A program made the translations under genes and the position numbers. Below, piece after piece: positions 25,187 to 38,206 of a stretch of DNA of 64,000 bases. This stretch comes from Callorhinchus milii (lineage: Eukaryota). The stretch covers positions 62,994,001-63,058,000 of the forward strand of contig NW_024704743.1 of the NCBI RefSeq assembly GCF_018977255.1. The letters are read 5' to 3'. How positions within the stretch are numbered: position 1 is the first letter of the stretch; each line of letters starts with the position of its first letter. The notes under the pieces are model-generated. The model was given only the letters and a program-made list of their open reading frames with translations, ran no database searches and was not told the DNA's origin.

Positions 25187-25366
25187 ATGTTTTAGCGCTC
25201 AGACCAACAACTGACCATTACCTAGCCCAGTGATGTACTAGAACTGAGGGTCCCATGACACCTTTTTTTGCACTCTGGCTAATAGAGACAAAACTAATTT
25301 AACCTTTTCCTTTAGGCGGTTTTGATGGAACAAGTGTCATCAATCAATTTTTGACCCCAAACCACC

Positions 25367-25398
25367 ATGGAATCTATCACATCTGATATATTCCTGAG
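25367..25398 (+). CDS. Candidate first coding exon MESITSDIFL(R) within exon 25316-25398, unidentified
   Basis: Acceptor AACCTTTTCCTTTAG|, Kozak ACCACCATGG with upstream in-frame TGA, donor GAG|GTGTGA. Confidence 0.25.
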
Positions 25399-26994
25399 GT
25401 GTGACTCTTCAGTTTATCTTCAAAACCCCACATGACCAATTATCTGCAAGAGAGTACTGCTTTCCCCTCACATCTCCTGCATAACTCCTTTCACACAAAC
25501 CTGCCACTTACAAGCATATTCATTTCAGTAACAGAGAAAGCGCTTGTATTGTTTTCAGCCTTATCATGTTGAAATGTTTCAAAGAGCTTCACAGGAAATT
25601 ACTATCAAGGGTAGTGACTGTTTGTTGTAAGCAAGCAATTAAGTTCCATTAACAATCATGAGTTGAACGACTAGTTAGTCTACAATGGAGACTACTGTGA
25701 TGTATAACCATGTGTCCGTGTCCTTGCCAGCACTGTGGCCTTATCTCCAGATCCACCCCTATTGTTCAATGGGTGAAGGTATTCAGGTCCCTCGCATTTG
25801 TAGATTTAAGTCCAAACATGTGTATACAGTTTAGAGGCTAAGTGGTTTCTATTAGCAGATTCTTATAGAAAGTTGCCAAGTAATGTTTTGGCGATTTGAG
25901 ACAAAAGTGCTGTGGAGCCCTGCATTGTCAGATAAGCTATTCAACTAAAGCCCTGTCTGCCTATTGAGATGGATGATAAGATGGCATGGTACTGCTCAAA
26001 AAAGAGACAGAAGTTTGTTAACCAACAATCTCCCACATCAATTGGTTATTCTGGTTGTGGTACACTGTTGTGTGCAAACTCTCGACTGTCCAATGTTTTG
26101 GGACATCCTCCAGATGTGAAAGAAGCTAAATAAATACAATTTGTTGTTGATATTGCAAACTAACTATTAAATTTGCCTACATACAATAATACAGTAAACC
26201 TTGCATTTTGGTACAAATACAAAGTGACTACATTCAATAGTAATTACCGTGAAATGCTTTGGGATTTTTCAACAATATCGGCACTATATCAGTACAAGGA
26301 ATATTACAACAACTTGAATTTATATAATGCCCTCACACAGGGTAGCTTATCGGAGCACTTAACAATGGTGTAGTTTGACGCTAAGCCGGAATCAATAATA
26401 AAAGAAAATTTACCTTTACCCCTGAAGGCAGTTAAGCAAAACTCTGTCTTACTTTACGTCATTGGTTTATTATTTTTAAAGGCTGGCATCATGTTGCTCT
26501 TTTACTTTTCCTTCCACGTTGATCCTTGACTGAGACTCTACCCTGCGTAGAAGCTGCTTTATAAGTGCAAGTTGTTGTTGTTTTTAATGAAAACTTTTCA
26601 GACAACACATTAGGTCAGAACTCATCAATACGTGAACTATGGTTTATCCAGCAGGTTTTTTGCTTGTATGCTTTTAAAGTGCTGCTCATGTCATCTTAAA
26701 CTCCACATCACTGGGGGTTATCTTACACTGATACTAAAAATAGCAATCATTTCACTGCTTCCTCATTAATGGGGAAACCCGTTTTAGATACACAGCAAGA
26801 CAATTTCTATTCTTAACAATCATATAATGTAGACCTCACTGTGACAAGGCGATCCATTGCCGCATTCAGAATTGGGTTCCTGCTGCACGTAATTCAAACA
26901 GCAAATTAGTTGCTGTGGGTTAAACACTATTCTTGTCTGTTCAGTAAGTTCTGTGAATTTGTCCCTGTGTGCTGATAAATAACTGTAATGAATA

Positions 26995-27205
26995 ATAATC
27001 CCTCCAAAAAAACAAAACAATAATAATTTGGTCATTTTCAATCCATGACTGTTTGTGGGACATTGCTGTGCGCAATTGTCTGCCGCGTTCGCCCAGAAAT
27101 ATACAGTCAATTCACTTTACAGTATATCCTGTGAAGCGCTTTGGGACGTCTAGAAGACATGAAAAGCGCTATAACAAATGCAAGGATTATTATTATCATT
27201 ATTAT
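26995..27205 (+). mobile_element. Family-B SINE 3' half, young-looking
   Basis: CpGs retained (GCCGCGTTCGCCC, AAGCGCTTTGGGACGTC); AAATGCAAGG(ATT)n tail. Confidence 0.88.
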
Positions 27206-27694
27206 GTGATTTTAAATGTATAATTTAATTTTACATTTATAAGATAATGTTATTTATAAAGTCAAAATTGCATTATTTATAAGTGTAGATTTTTTCCCCC
27301 CTTCAAACGTAATGAATGGAGCAGAGTAGCTTTAATCCAGAGTAACAAATTTGCTACATTGACTAGAATAAGCTTCAAAGTCTCTTAGTTACAGCTTTGT
27401 TGTGTGTCCCTGTGCCAAAGACATTTAACACTCAAAACTGGGGGAAAAGTCTGAATACCTCAACTACTTCCCAGCAAGGATTCACAATGTCATGCGTGAT
27501 AAAGTAACTAAATCATGGCTACATTAACTTATTACCGAGAATAAAGTCTTTTATGAAATTGCTCTTTGAGTAAGCGATGGCAGAGTAAATGTGATGACAT
27601 ACTTATGTCTTTTCCTTCACATTAATACAAAAGCAATGTTTAAGGTGATGTTCTTTAACACAAAGGGTAGAGTGGATTCATAAACGTCTAAATT

Positions 27695-28013
27695 ATAATA
27701 ATAAACTTTGCATTTGATATAGCGCTTTTCACGTCGGGAGGAAGTCCCAAAGCGCTTCACAGAACACACTGTAAAGTGAATTGACTGTATATTTGTGGGC
27801 GAACGCGGCAGCCAATTGCGCACAGCAATGTCCCACAAACAGTCGTAGATTGAAAATGACCAATTTTATTATTGTTTTTGGTTTTGGAGGGATTATTATT
27901 AGGCTCTGTGTGGAGTAAGGAAACTTGCCCAAGGTTTCGCCCTCTGCCTGGAATTGAACCCAGGTCTCTCGCTTGCAAAGCGAGTGCTCTAACCACTGAG
28001 CTACAGGACTCCA
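27695..28013 (-). mobile_element. Family-B SINE with internal deletion
   Basis: Intact tRNA-like head (stem CTCGC/GCGAG, loop TTTGCAA); the CTAGCAGTAAGTAGGAACCCGG block is missing. Confidence 0.9.
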
Positions 28014-28784
28014 CAATTACAACCACTGAGCTATAGGACTCCTCCAATTACAAGTTTGTTGTTGGGATTAACTTGGATCAAAAATCTATTTTAACGCCTG
28101 CTTCTTGATGGCTCGGTCAACGAATAGACCATGTGATGTGGCACTGAGTCATTGAAAAATCAGGGTCAGAAAGGTCTGCTAAGATTATCGATCTAACATT
28201 TTCTGATTTCCAGGATCTGCAGTATTGTGCGTTTTGTTTATAAATTCTGTTTTATTTTGGAAGCCAATTTTCCACAGTTTGTTTGTTCAAAATCGGGGTC
28301 AAACGACTTCCGAATTACAACCGAGTTTAAGACTTCTTTCCAAAGTTTGGCAAGATTTTACATTTTAAGACAATGGTCTTATGCCTAAGAAGATGAAAGT
28401 ATTGAGCTCCCCAGCAGTGTGTTGAGCCAACTGGGGGTAGAGCTGCCACACTTCAGTGAGTCAGGTCTGTGGTCCTGGCCTACAGAATAGATCAGCTGAA
28501 GTTCCTGCTCCAAACTGTGGGAATGTAGGAATGTTCAGGCCTGGAAAAGTACATTACTAACTATCTGACTGGCCCCACAGTAATCACGTTCTGCACTATT
28601 CTATCTCTCATACAACTCAATTTCTCATTCCCTCTTGAATGTTAAATATACTGGGGTACATTTTGCAATATTTCTTAATCATGTAATCCTGAAGTGTGTG
28701 GAACACCGCTGAAACTCGATTTTTGTAGAGATTTTCCTCACGTCAGAATGATGTGAGTGACATCCTTTTAATTACAATAACAAT

Positions 28785-29156
28785 AATCATCCTTGTAATT
28801 GATTATTATTTCACATCTTTCATGTCAGGAGGACGTCTCAAAACATTTCACAAGATATACTGTAAAGTCTAGTGACTGTGTATTTTGAAGGTTATCGGGG
28901 CACCTAATGTGCACATTTGGGGGATTGTTGTCCAGGACACCTGGAGAAACTCCCTTCTCTTTTCTCTTTTGGGATCTTTAACAATCCTGAACAGGCAGAG
29001 GGCACCTAGGTTTAACATCTCATCCAAAAGACGGCACCTCCGACAATGCAGTGCTCCACAGCTCATAGACTATATAAATTCAAAGTGCTGGTATGGGACT
29101 TGAACCCACAACCTACTGACTCAGAGGCGAGAGTGCTACCAACTGAGCCAAGCTGA
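28785..29156 (-). mobile_element. Deu-domain SINE (family A), full length
   Basis: Head TCAGCTTGGCTCAGTTGGTAGCACTCTCGCCTCTGAGTCAG..GGGTTCAAGTCCC on the minus strand. Confidence 0.88.
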
Positions 29157-30466
29157 TTCTCCAGTTACCCAAAAGAAATCCCATTCCTATTTATTCATTA
29201 AAAAAAATTGCGTAATGAGGAAATCTGCTAAAAAAAAAGTTGACTATATTATTAGGGGTCAGCTTATCCACGTCATTTATGATCCTAAATATTTCAGCAA
29301 GATCTGCCTGAGTCTTTACATTTCAGTGTGAACATTTCCAGTTGGAGAAAAAACAAAGAAGCAAAAGTAAAGCCAATACTTCATAATCAAAATCGAAGTT
29401 TTAAAAGTTTTGGCTGCATTATTTTGTTGTTGTTGTTGTGGTTGTTGTTGTATTACATTTACCCGTACGCTTCGCATTCCTTCCCTTTCAGCGCTCTGAT
29501 GTTGTTGAGATTCTTTGACTGTCCTTATTCCCAGACCCGGTGCAGGAGTGGCCATAACTTTGAAATCAGAAATCCTTTCTGACATGTTCCTTCCAGTGAA
29601 ATGGAGCTGCAGGACACAATCCAGCAGGCGGGGATGAAGGCATCTCTCTGGAGGCTGCCACTAGGCGATATATGGGAGGTCTGTGTTATGCTGCGGTAGA
29701 CTGATAGACTGATCGACCCTGCAAACAGCAGCCTAACATATCTGCCGAACAAGTCATCTGGAAGCCTGCCCTCTTTCCTTAAAAAGTTTCAGCTGAATTA
29801 ACACAGATCCTCCACTTGAAAAGCTTGAGAGAGCCCAGAGAATGATCAGTGACAGCTTTAACAAGATTATAACTGCTAAATCGCCTTTCTCAAATGTACC
29901 TTAATAAAGACTGAAGGCTTATATAGGCTTCTCATGTCCCCACGGCAACATCTTTTCTATCATGTTGCCATAGGGACAGTGAAGGCCTTAATAAACCAGT
30001 GGTAAAATACATACTCTCCCTTGAAATAGGAATGATGATGTGCAAAAACACTTCTCCCGAGAGTGGAAATCAGAAGGAATGTTCTTGAAAAGGAATGAAA
30101 AATGATTAGCCAAATGAAAAGCTATATATCATGTAGCGCTGTGAAATCTGTTTGTGGTTGTATACTCAGACTGTGTGTGGCTATAAAAAGCCTGGACTGC
30201 CAATGTCATGCAGTGCTGGAGTTGGATATCTTACTAGGCTGACAGAATGGAATTGCTCAGCTTTTTATTGCTAAGAAGCCCACTGTTAGCTATTGTTCCT
30301 TCAGCTTTTCTTCTGCTGTTAACTTTCCTTGGTGCTGTAAAAGCATGCCTTTAAATTTGTATTTGGAAGACTTTTGAGATGAATGTCTTTATCAGCCCCA
30401 AATAATGCAAACAATTTTACTGGTTACGAAGTGGGAGAGGGATAAAAGTTAAACTCTATTTTAAAG

Positions 30467-30547
30467 ATCCATTATGACAGTTTATATTGTTACGTTAAAG
30501 AGAAATAGTAGAAATATACAACACGATAGTAAACTGGAAGAAGAAAG
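30467..30547 (+). CDS. Candidate exon (SIMTVYIVTLKRNSRNIQHDSKLEEE, or EIVEIYNTIVNWKKK from alternative acceptor 30501)
   Basis: AAG|GTAGGT donor; both acceptors are phase-compatible with the 25398 donor. Confidence 0.2.
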
Positions 30548-31459
30548 GTAGGTTAATGTTCCTGGGTTCACCTTCACCAGAATGCATTAGAATGGGAGTT
30601 TTTTTTTGAAGGGGAGTAATGTTTTTATCTTTAAAGATGGTTATGCAGTTTTAAACAGGAACTTTCCTTTTGGATTATGTTTCCTCAAGGGTCTAGATTG
30701 GCAATACATTAATACAGCGGAAGCCTGTTCAATACAAAATGCTGACTTGCAAGTACTGAAGGTACCCACTAGTGGTGGGTTGTGTCTACCATTCAATAAT
30801 CCAATAGTTTAGTCACCCACCAGGAGACACAAAGACAAGCCCACCAGACTCTTGAGACAGCCTCCAGTCAATTTGTCATTATCAGAGCTGGCCATAAAGT
30901 GTCAGTTTTGGGGATACCGGCTGAATATATTGTTTCTTCTGGTGCTGGGAAGGTGCTATTCTCCACAGCTGGTAAATCAAATAATAATAATCCTTGCATT
31001 TGATACGGCACCTTATCACGTCTTCGAGACGTCTCAAAGATGTGATAAGGATAAACTGCAAAGTACAGTGACTGGGTGTTTTGTGGGCGAAAAGAGTATT
31101 CAAAACAGAGAGCTCTACATATGTATGCCACCAACACATGTCCTCGATTTATATTTTTTCTAAATAAATTTCAACTGACTAAAGTTGGACTGATAAGGAT
31201 TTTGAAAATATTACTGGGATGTAATTCCACTCTCTGCAAAGCAATGACTTTGACAATGTGCAGTTACAATGGGAATTATTAAAATGGTATGAAGGAGGTT
31301 AGGAAACGGAGGGTGGTATGATCAGTGCAGTCAAGAACTTTCTTATGATGTGGAAAGTAAGAGGGATGCTTTTATCAATGTCTGGCTGGGATACGTAACT
31401 TTCATTTCTTTATCTTATCTGACAAGAATGTGGGAGCCTTCATAGAACGATTCTAATTG

Positions 31460-31630
31460 TTATCATAGGATCTTACAGCACAGAAGGAGGCCATTTACCC
31501 CATCATTCCTGTGCCGGCTCTTTGAAAGAGCTATCCAATTAGTCCTACTCCCCCAATCTCTCCCTATAGCCCTGCAATTTTTTTCTTTTCAAGTAAATAT
31601 CCAATTTAATTTTGAGTTATTATTGAATGT
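31460..31630 (-). mobile_element. CR1 3' end fragment
   Basis: ACAGCACAGAAGGAGGCCATT..GTGCCGGCTCTTTGAAAGAGC, the reverse of the CR1 3' UTR. Confidence 0.85.
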
Positions 31631-33197
31631 TGCTTAGACTTTAGCAATTGCTGGGAGGTATTCTCCAGCTTGGGGCTCTAGAACGCTAACCTGCAAGTTG
31701 TTGTTCCTGCTTTGTGAACTGAGCATGGACACTTAACTGCTGACTTCACTCACTTACACACAATAGGTACATGAAGACTGAATGTGATGAAGAGTGAGAA
31801 TACCTAGGACTGTCAGGTCCAGTAATTTTTGTGGACTCGCAAGATTGTTGATTGTCCTGGTGACTTCTAGTGTTGCAATCTTACAGACAGACAGACAATG
31901 GATTTGGCTCTTCAGGAATGTTTACATGTGCTCTTTAAGAGTTATTTACCCTGTCCTGATCAATCTTGAAACATAATTGCAAAATAAGTACTGGACTGTT
32001 CGTGAGCATGCTGGCTCCAAGCCACCTGGGGACCATGTACACCTAGGAAAGACATGCCTCATTATTTCCACTCTTTATGTATATAGATCTTTGGGTACTT
32101 GTGGTCCACCCTTAAGGAGTTCTGCAATGAGCAATTACAGATAGACTCATCAATCGATCCTCAGGCAGACATGAGTTCAGCCGTTTCCTTCAGAGTGTAA
32201 AATCTCAACGATACAGTTTGTAGGAAACATCAATAGTTTTTTATAGCACGATAAACGTTGTTGAACAGTTATTAATATTTGATTAGAGTTTCAAAGAGAA
32301 AGAAAACTTTTGTTTCATCAACAATTGTTTGTAATATCATATATACACTTGTAAACACCCAGGCTTCTATATAATTAACATGTAGGACCAATTTGCATAT
32401 ACAGTGCAGTGAAACATTAAAACAATTTTCCATAAAATTAGTACAATTTTACATTGAAATGCAAAAATTCAGTTAGAATTGAATTCTGAATTTCCCACCA
32501 CTACCTCAACCATCCTCTCATACTCTCTCTGAACGCAGAACACCTAGGGTCCCAAATAAAATTAGCTCTGAGATTGAAGTCTTAGTCTATCAGACCATTT
32601 TATTTTATTGGGGCAAATTCTTGATGTTGATCTTAATTTGGAAGCCTTTTGTTTAAAATAAAGGAGAAAAGCAGCTTCCAAATTGAAACAGAATTGAGGA
32701 ATTTTCTACAATTCTCTGTGATCTTAAATTTTAAGATGGAATGGTCTTACGGTTGTAATTTTGAGCCTGAGGTGAGGAAGGGAATCTTTGGGGGAAGCAT
32801 TCCTGACAGTCACTGTGTATGAATAGCGCCATAGAAGAACAGGCAAATAGGAAGCCAGGAATAGAAAGCCCCTGTAGCACCAGGGAAATTCGACCACTGA
32901 TACTAACCAATGCTGACCAGGGACATAGACACCAGAGATGCACAGCTTTGTGAAAATAAAATCTAGTAGACAAACACAACAGAAAATACAAAAATACTTG
33001 AAAAGATATGTTCAGACGCTCCTTCTGAGCTGTCGAGGTGAAGACAATAAGGCATCACAATTATGCAGAATAAATAAAAGTTGGGAAATGTTTCACTGCA
33101 CTCTATATGATAAATGGTTTAACACACAATTCCAAATTGGTCCTAAATTTTGATTTTTCTAAGTAAATCTCACCATTGATTGTAACACAGTACAGTA

Positions 33198-33634
33198 CAA
33201 CAACAACAACAAGATTTCATTTATAGAGCGCCTTTTACGTCGGGAGGACGTCCCAAGGCGCTGGACAGTTGGGTCAGGACCCGAGCAGGGGGAAATGGTC
33301 AGGGTGAGGGGAGGGAAGGGAGGGAGCGAGGAGGGGGTAGAGAGTCGAGAGGGGAGGTGAAGGCACGTTCAAAGAGAAAGGTCTTGAGACCGGCCTTGAA
33401 GGAGGAAAGGGAGGAGGCGGTGAAGGCACTGGGGGATGGAGTTCCAGAGCCTCGGGGCTGAGAGGCTGAAGGCCCGGCCACCGATGGTAGGGCGGTTAGG
33501 GCGGGGGATGTGGAGCAGACCGGAGCCAGAGGAACAGAGGGTACAGGCAGGTAAGTAGGGGGATAGTAGGTCGGAGAGGTAGGAGGGAGCAAGGTCGTGA
33601 ATGGCCTTGTAGGTGAGGATGAGGATCTTGAATT
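33198..33634 (-). mobile_element. L2 LINE 3' fragment
   Basis: [43 protein letters not shown] and (TTG)n tail. Confidence 0.95.
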
Positions 33635-34905
33635 CGAAGACAGTACCCTGTCTTCTCTCTTTCCCTCCAGCTACTGTTGCAACATGCTCAGCTGCTGGCA
33701 CAGGCAGATCATTGCCTCGGAGATCTCTCTCTCCCTGTGCGGACCTTTGTTTTCTTGTCAGAGTTACAGCATGCATTGGGTTTGTTTTCACAAAAGAAGA
33801 GAAATTAAGTCAGATCGCTCTCACCAATTTGCAGCAATATTTCAGAAGATGCTGAAATTTCTGTTAGATCCATACTGTCTGATTTTTAGTCTAAGTCGGG
33901 CACATTTAATTTTTTTTTCTTGGTTTGTAAGATTTAGTAGGTAAAGAGATAACTCTAAATTTTAAGAATAAACTTTATTCTACACCTTAATTACCTCTAG
34001 ACTTGGATTCTCCAATGCTCTCCCTGTCAACTTTTTGAAAAGTGAACAGAGTTTCCTGACAAATTTCCCCAAATAAAATTGGCAATTCATTGCATGGCTG
34101 TTTGTGGGCCATTGCTGTGTGTAAATTGGCTGCTGCATAATACAGTCACTAGACTTTACAGTATATATGACTATCACATGCTCCTGACATGAAAGGCATG
34201 ATACCAAAGTTAAGGATCAGTTTATTACTTGTGTCATCTGTCTTTAAAATACACTTGAAAACGACTTATTCAACCATGCCTATTGCTACTTCCCTCTTCC
34301 TTTACTCCACTTGCTTAGTGTCCAGCAACAGCTCCGCATTTCTTTATGTGAAAATGTTGTAAAAAGGCAAGCGGTTGTTCTTTGAGACCTGGAAAAGAAT
34401 CTCAGCAATAAAACACAATGCAGTGATCTGGGTGCAAATGAATGTTGAGTTGAAGAATTTCTATGTAACAATACTATGTTCCACCAATTTACATGAATTC
34501 TTGATGTTTGTTGGTTGTATCTAGTATGGTATCATATAACCGTCGAACCACAGAAATTCATAGCACAGAAGAAGATCATTCAGCCCATTGTGCCTGTGCT
34601 GGCTATTTGAAAGAGTCCCATTTACTAGCCTTTTTCCCATACATTGTAATCCATACATCAGCTCTCTAAGATACACATCATGACATGGAAATCTGTGACC
34701 GAATCCCGGAGACATGATGAGTCAGGATTCTGTAGTTCTATCAGGTGGCTCCAGACCAAAGTGTTCAGCCTTGTTCCTCTGCTTTCTCTCGTCTGTTACT
34801 ATCATAAGGTTCCAAACATGTTCTGTATTTCTGTTTTATTTTTACCCTTCCTTCTCCACAAAGCATTGACTCATTGCGATGTGGTTTCATAAGGGGGGAG
34901 GTGTC

Positions 34906-35320
34906 ATAACAACAACAATAATAATTGGCAATGATATAGCACTTTTCAAAGTGGGAGAACAACTCAAAGCATTTCATATAACTGATTGGCAGGCACACTG
35001 GGAAGGGGAAAGGTAATTGTTGAAAGCACCTTCGAAAAGATAAGTGGTGGAGAGGGAGGGGAGAAGGTGGAGGAACTCTTGGATGGAGAAGAAGGGTTGA
35101 AAGCTTGTACATCAATGGTGGGATGGAGTAGGCAGGGGATTTGCAGCAGATTAGTGTTGGTTATCAGCTGGGGAAGTAAGGTGGCAAAGATAGGGTAGGG
35201 AGAGGCCATAAAGGAATTTGAAAATGAGGACAACAACGTTGATTTTGATTTGCTGGGAGTAAGCAGAGCTAATGGAGCTGAGTGAGGGATTGAATAATTG
35301 AGCCTGGGAATGAAGGAACC
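34906..35320 (-). mobile_element. Older L2 3' fragment
   Basis: QQIKINVVVLIFKFLYGLSLPYL motif and degenerate (TTG)n tail. Confidence 0.75.
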
Positions 35321-35429
35321 TAAACCAGTCAATAACTGTCCATTGAATTTCTGCCATTGTGAAACACCTCAAGTGCTAATATAAAACATTCAGAATTATT
35401 CCTGTTACCTCCTTGACTATTACTGGTAT

Positions 35430-35507
35430 TTTTTTGTCAGCCGGGTGTCTGACGCATGAGTGATGCAGACACATCACCATGCTTAAGCGTATCCAAACCA
35501 AACCTCG
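35430..35507 (-). mobile_element. 3' tip of the unusual RT element (copy 3)
   Basis: GTCAGCCGGGTGTCTGACGCATG..CATCACCATGCTTAAGCGTATCCAAACCAAAC matches 5196-5265. Confidence 0.75.
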
Positions 35508-36599
35508 TTAACAGAAAATATCACTGTTAAATTAGTAGAGGTTGCTTAGGAAATATTTCACACATCTTCAGAAATATTTAAAATTATTAATTAAGAGTAC
35601 CAGAAAATAGGTTTGGATGCTGGATTACGATTAAAACCTGTAATTGTACAGTAATGGAATTTCTGACTTTGATGGTGTCTTGCTTCCTCCCCATGCGACC
35701 ACATGACACAGCCTTACTCGATCAATTCCTGCACTGCTCAATAACCTGTAATGCTGGGGAATTTGCACTTTCCCACTTGAGGGACTGAGCTTTAATCACC
35801 ACCAGGTGCAAATGCCTTTCTAGCTTGCTGAATTAGCTGGTAAGGGGGATGTCAGCAGCCAGCCAGCAGGAAAGAGGCACGCTCCAAGGTAGCTAATGAG
35901 CACATTGTGAGAAAGAGATCCGTTCAGAACTCAGATGCTGTATTATCATTAAGCGCTGTCTTGATGTACCAGGCTGAAGCCCCGGGGTCCCAGCTTTGTC
36001 ACTAAAGAGCAGGTGGCAGTAGGTGTGAGTTCATTAAAAAAATATTAACCACACAATCTTCTCCAAAACCGCATCTAAGCCTCATCGAGCGATGGACTTG
36101 AAAGTTCATTCCTTTGCGGGTTTGAATCTCTCTCCCCGCTTTGCAGGTTCACTGCTGATGTGAGGGTGTTTTCCCTCACATAACAACCCCTCCACAACAA
36201 CAAGATTACATTTGTATAGCGCCTTTCACATCGGGAGGACGTCCCAAGGCGCTGAAGTCTTGTTAGAGCAGGTGTGAAGGCTGTGTTTTTCTAGTAGTCA
36301 GTGGCTTTCTGAGAGTTCCAGTCTGTGTGCAATACCCAAGAAATTCCAGAGATACGGTTTGTGTTTTTATGAGAAATCAAAAGTAAGCTTCAGTCTGACA
36401 TGGTTTTACACTTGAATGCTCAGCTGAAGGCAACCCAGGGTGTACAAAAGCCAAACTTCCAGCTGGCTGCTTTGTCTCCATTTTGCAAATAACTGCCGCA
36501 CAGTAAAGTGGAGGTTTAAAGCCCACACTTGCAGTAGGAATGAAAGCTGGGATAAGCCAAGGAGGTGAGGGAAATCTTAACACAAATGGGAGGAGGAAT

Positions 36600-36910
36600 T
36601 GGGTTTGTATTTTGTGGGTGAAATCCAGCAGCCAGTTGCACACATCAGTGTCCTACAAACAGCCATGGAGTGAATGATCAATTTTATTTGGGAATTCTTG
36701 GTCAGGACACCAGGAGAAACTCCCTTCTCTTTTCTAATAGTGCCACGGGATCTTTAACATGTTTAGATATTTTAAAGTCTCATCCAAAGGATGACACCTC
36801 CAACAATGCAACACTCCCCCAGCACTGCATTGGAATGTGATTCCAAGTCCCAATGTGGGGCTTGAACCCACAACCTTTTCAGAGGCAAAAACGCTACCAC
36901 TGAGCCCGGC
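36600..36910 (-). mobile_element. Deu-domain SINE (family A)
   Basis: Reverse Deu core and B-box (CTTGAACCCACAACC). Confidence 0.82.
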
Positions 36911-38079
36911 TGTTTGGTCTTCTGGAATGGAAATTAAAGTCTGGACATAGTTAGGTCTAAAACACAGCAATGTATAGTCAAATTTCTCCTGATGTCCTGT
37001 CCCCAAATAAAATTGGTCATTCTTTTTGGCTATTTGTGGGGCAGTGCTGTGTGCAAATCGGCTGCCACATTCGCCTACAAAATACAGTCATGTCATTTCA
37101 CAGTATATCCTGTGAAACACTTTGAGACATCCTCTCAATGTGAAAGGTGCTATGTCAAATGTAAGATTTTTTTTCACAATCAAATACCATCAGCCAGTAT
37201 GACTGACTATATAAAGGACTAACTGGCTGTAGGGAACATAGGCAGAGTGCTGAGTGCAAGTCAGTCTTCATTAAAGAATGGTGGTGCTAATCAAGCAATA
37301 TGAACAAGTTTGCATGTTTTTTTAACCCATTCCTTATATTAACAGCAGAAACTACAACAAATTGGTGACAGTGATAAAGAGAAAAAGGGTAACTTATATT
37401 GTCTTCGCCCATTCAAAAATCTTTATACACCAATCCGTTCATATATTAATATGTTGTGTTGACGGAACATCTGAAAACACGGCAATTTTCTCCTTCCCCA
37501 TAACTGTGCTGGGGCCAGGCACACTGCACTGACATATACAGTATCGTGCTCAGTAAACTGAACACCCGGAATTATTGCATTAAAATGCCACACACTGACA
37601 TGCAACATGCTATGCATCACGGCGTTCCCCGAATCCATGCCACAGGTGCCATCATATTGATGCATTAATACATTCAGAGCTGTTAGCTGACTGCTCTGAT
37701 CATGACTGTTATTTCCTATTTCTCTAACAACTGAATGAATTTCATCTCTGTAGCTGAGATGCAGTAATTGCTACCAAGCTCTATTGCAGATGCATGGCTG
37801 GACTTAGAGACATAAACATGATGTATGTTACAATGCTGTGTATCTATACAAGTCTGACTAAAAAAAACATTTTCAATGCATTTTCAAAATACGCTCAATG
37901 TAAGGTTCTCCGTGAACACATTTGAAACCAGTCAGCAAAGTACACTTATAACAATATAGATTAAAACAGTGCAGCAGGTTGGGCATGTGTGTATGTGGGG
38001 GGAAGTGAGGGAGAGAATGGGGAAGGAGTATAGCATTTAATGTATTTTTAATGTACTTCTGCTCATTATATACCATCAG

Positions 38080-38206
38080 ACTGAAATCTATCATCCAAAG
38101 GTATCATCTCCAATTAGCAAGCAATCAAGAAAATGATCAGCCATTGTTTGATCTATTTTTAATGGCCACATCCAATTTGTACCTTGTTAAGGGGAGACAT
38201 CAAGAG
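38080..38206 (+). CDS. Candidate exon LKSIIQRYHLQLASNQENDQPLFDLFLMATSNLYLVKGRHQE
   Basis: catcag| acceptor, open phase-2 frame, weak GAG|GTACAA donor. Confidence 0.15.

Noticed and set aside
25316..25398. In-frame TGA (AVLMEQVSSINF*PQTTMES) as selenocysteine or readthrough
   Set aside because: No selenoprotein motif or SECIS seen; better explained as an upstream stop in a UTR, or by chance.
27950..28013. tRNA-Ala gene
   Set aside because: The acceptor stem is not intact and the sequence continues into the SINE body; it is a SINE head.
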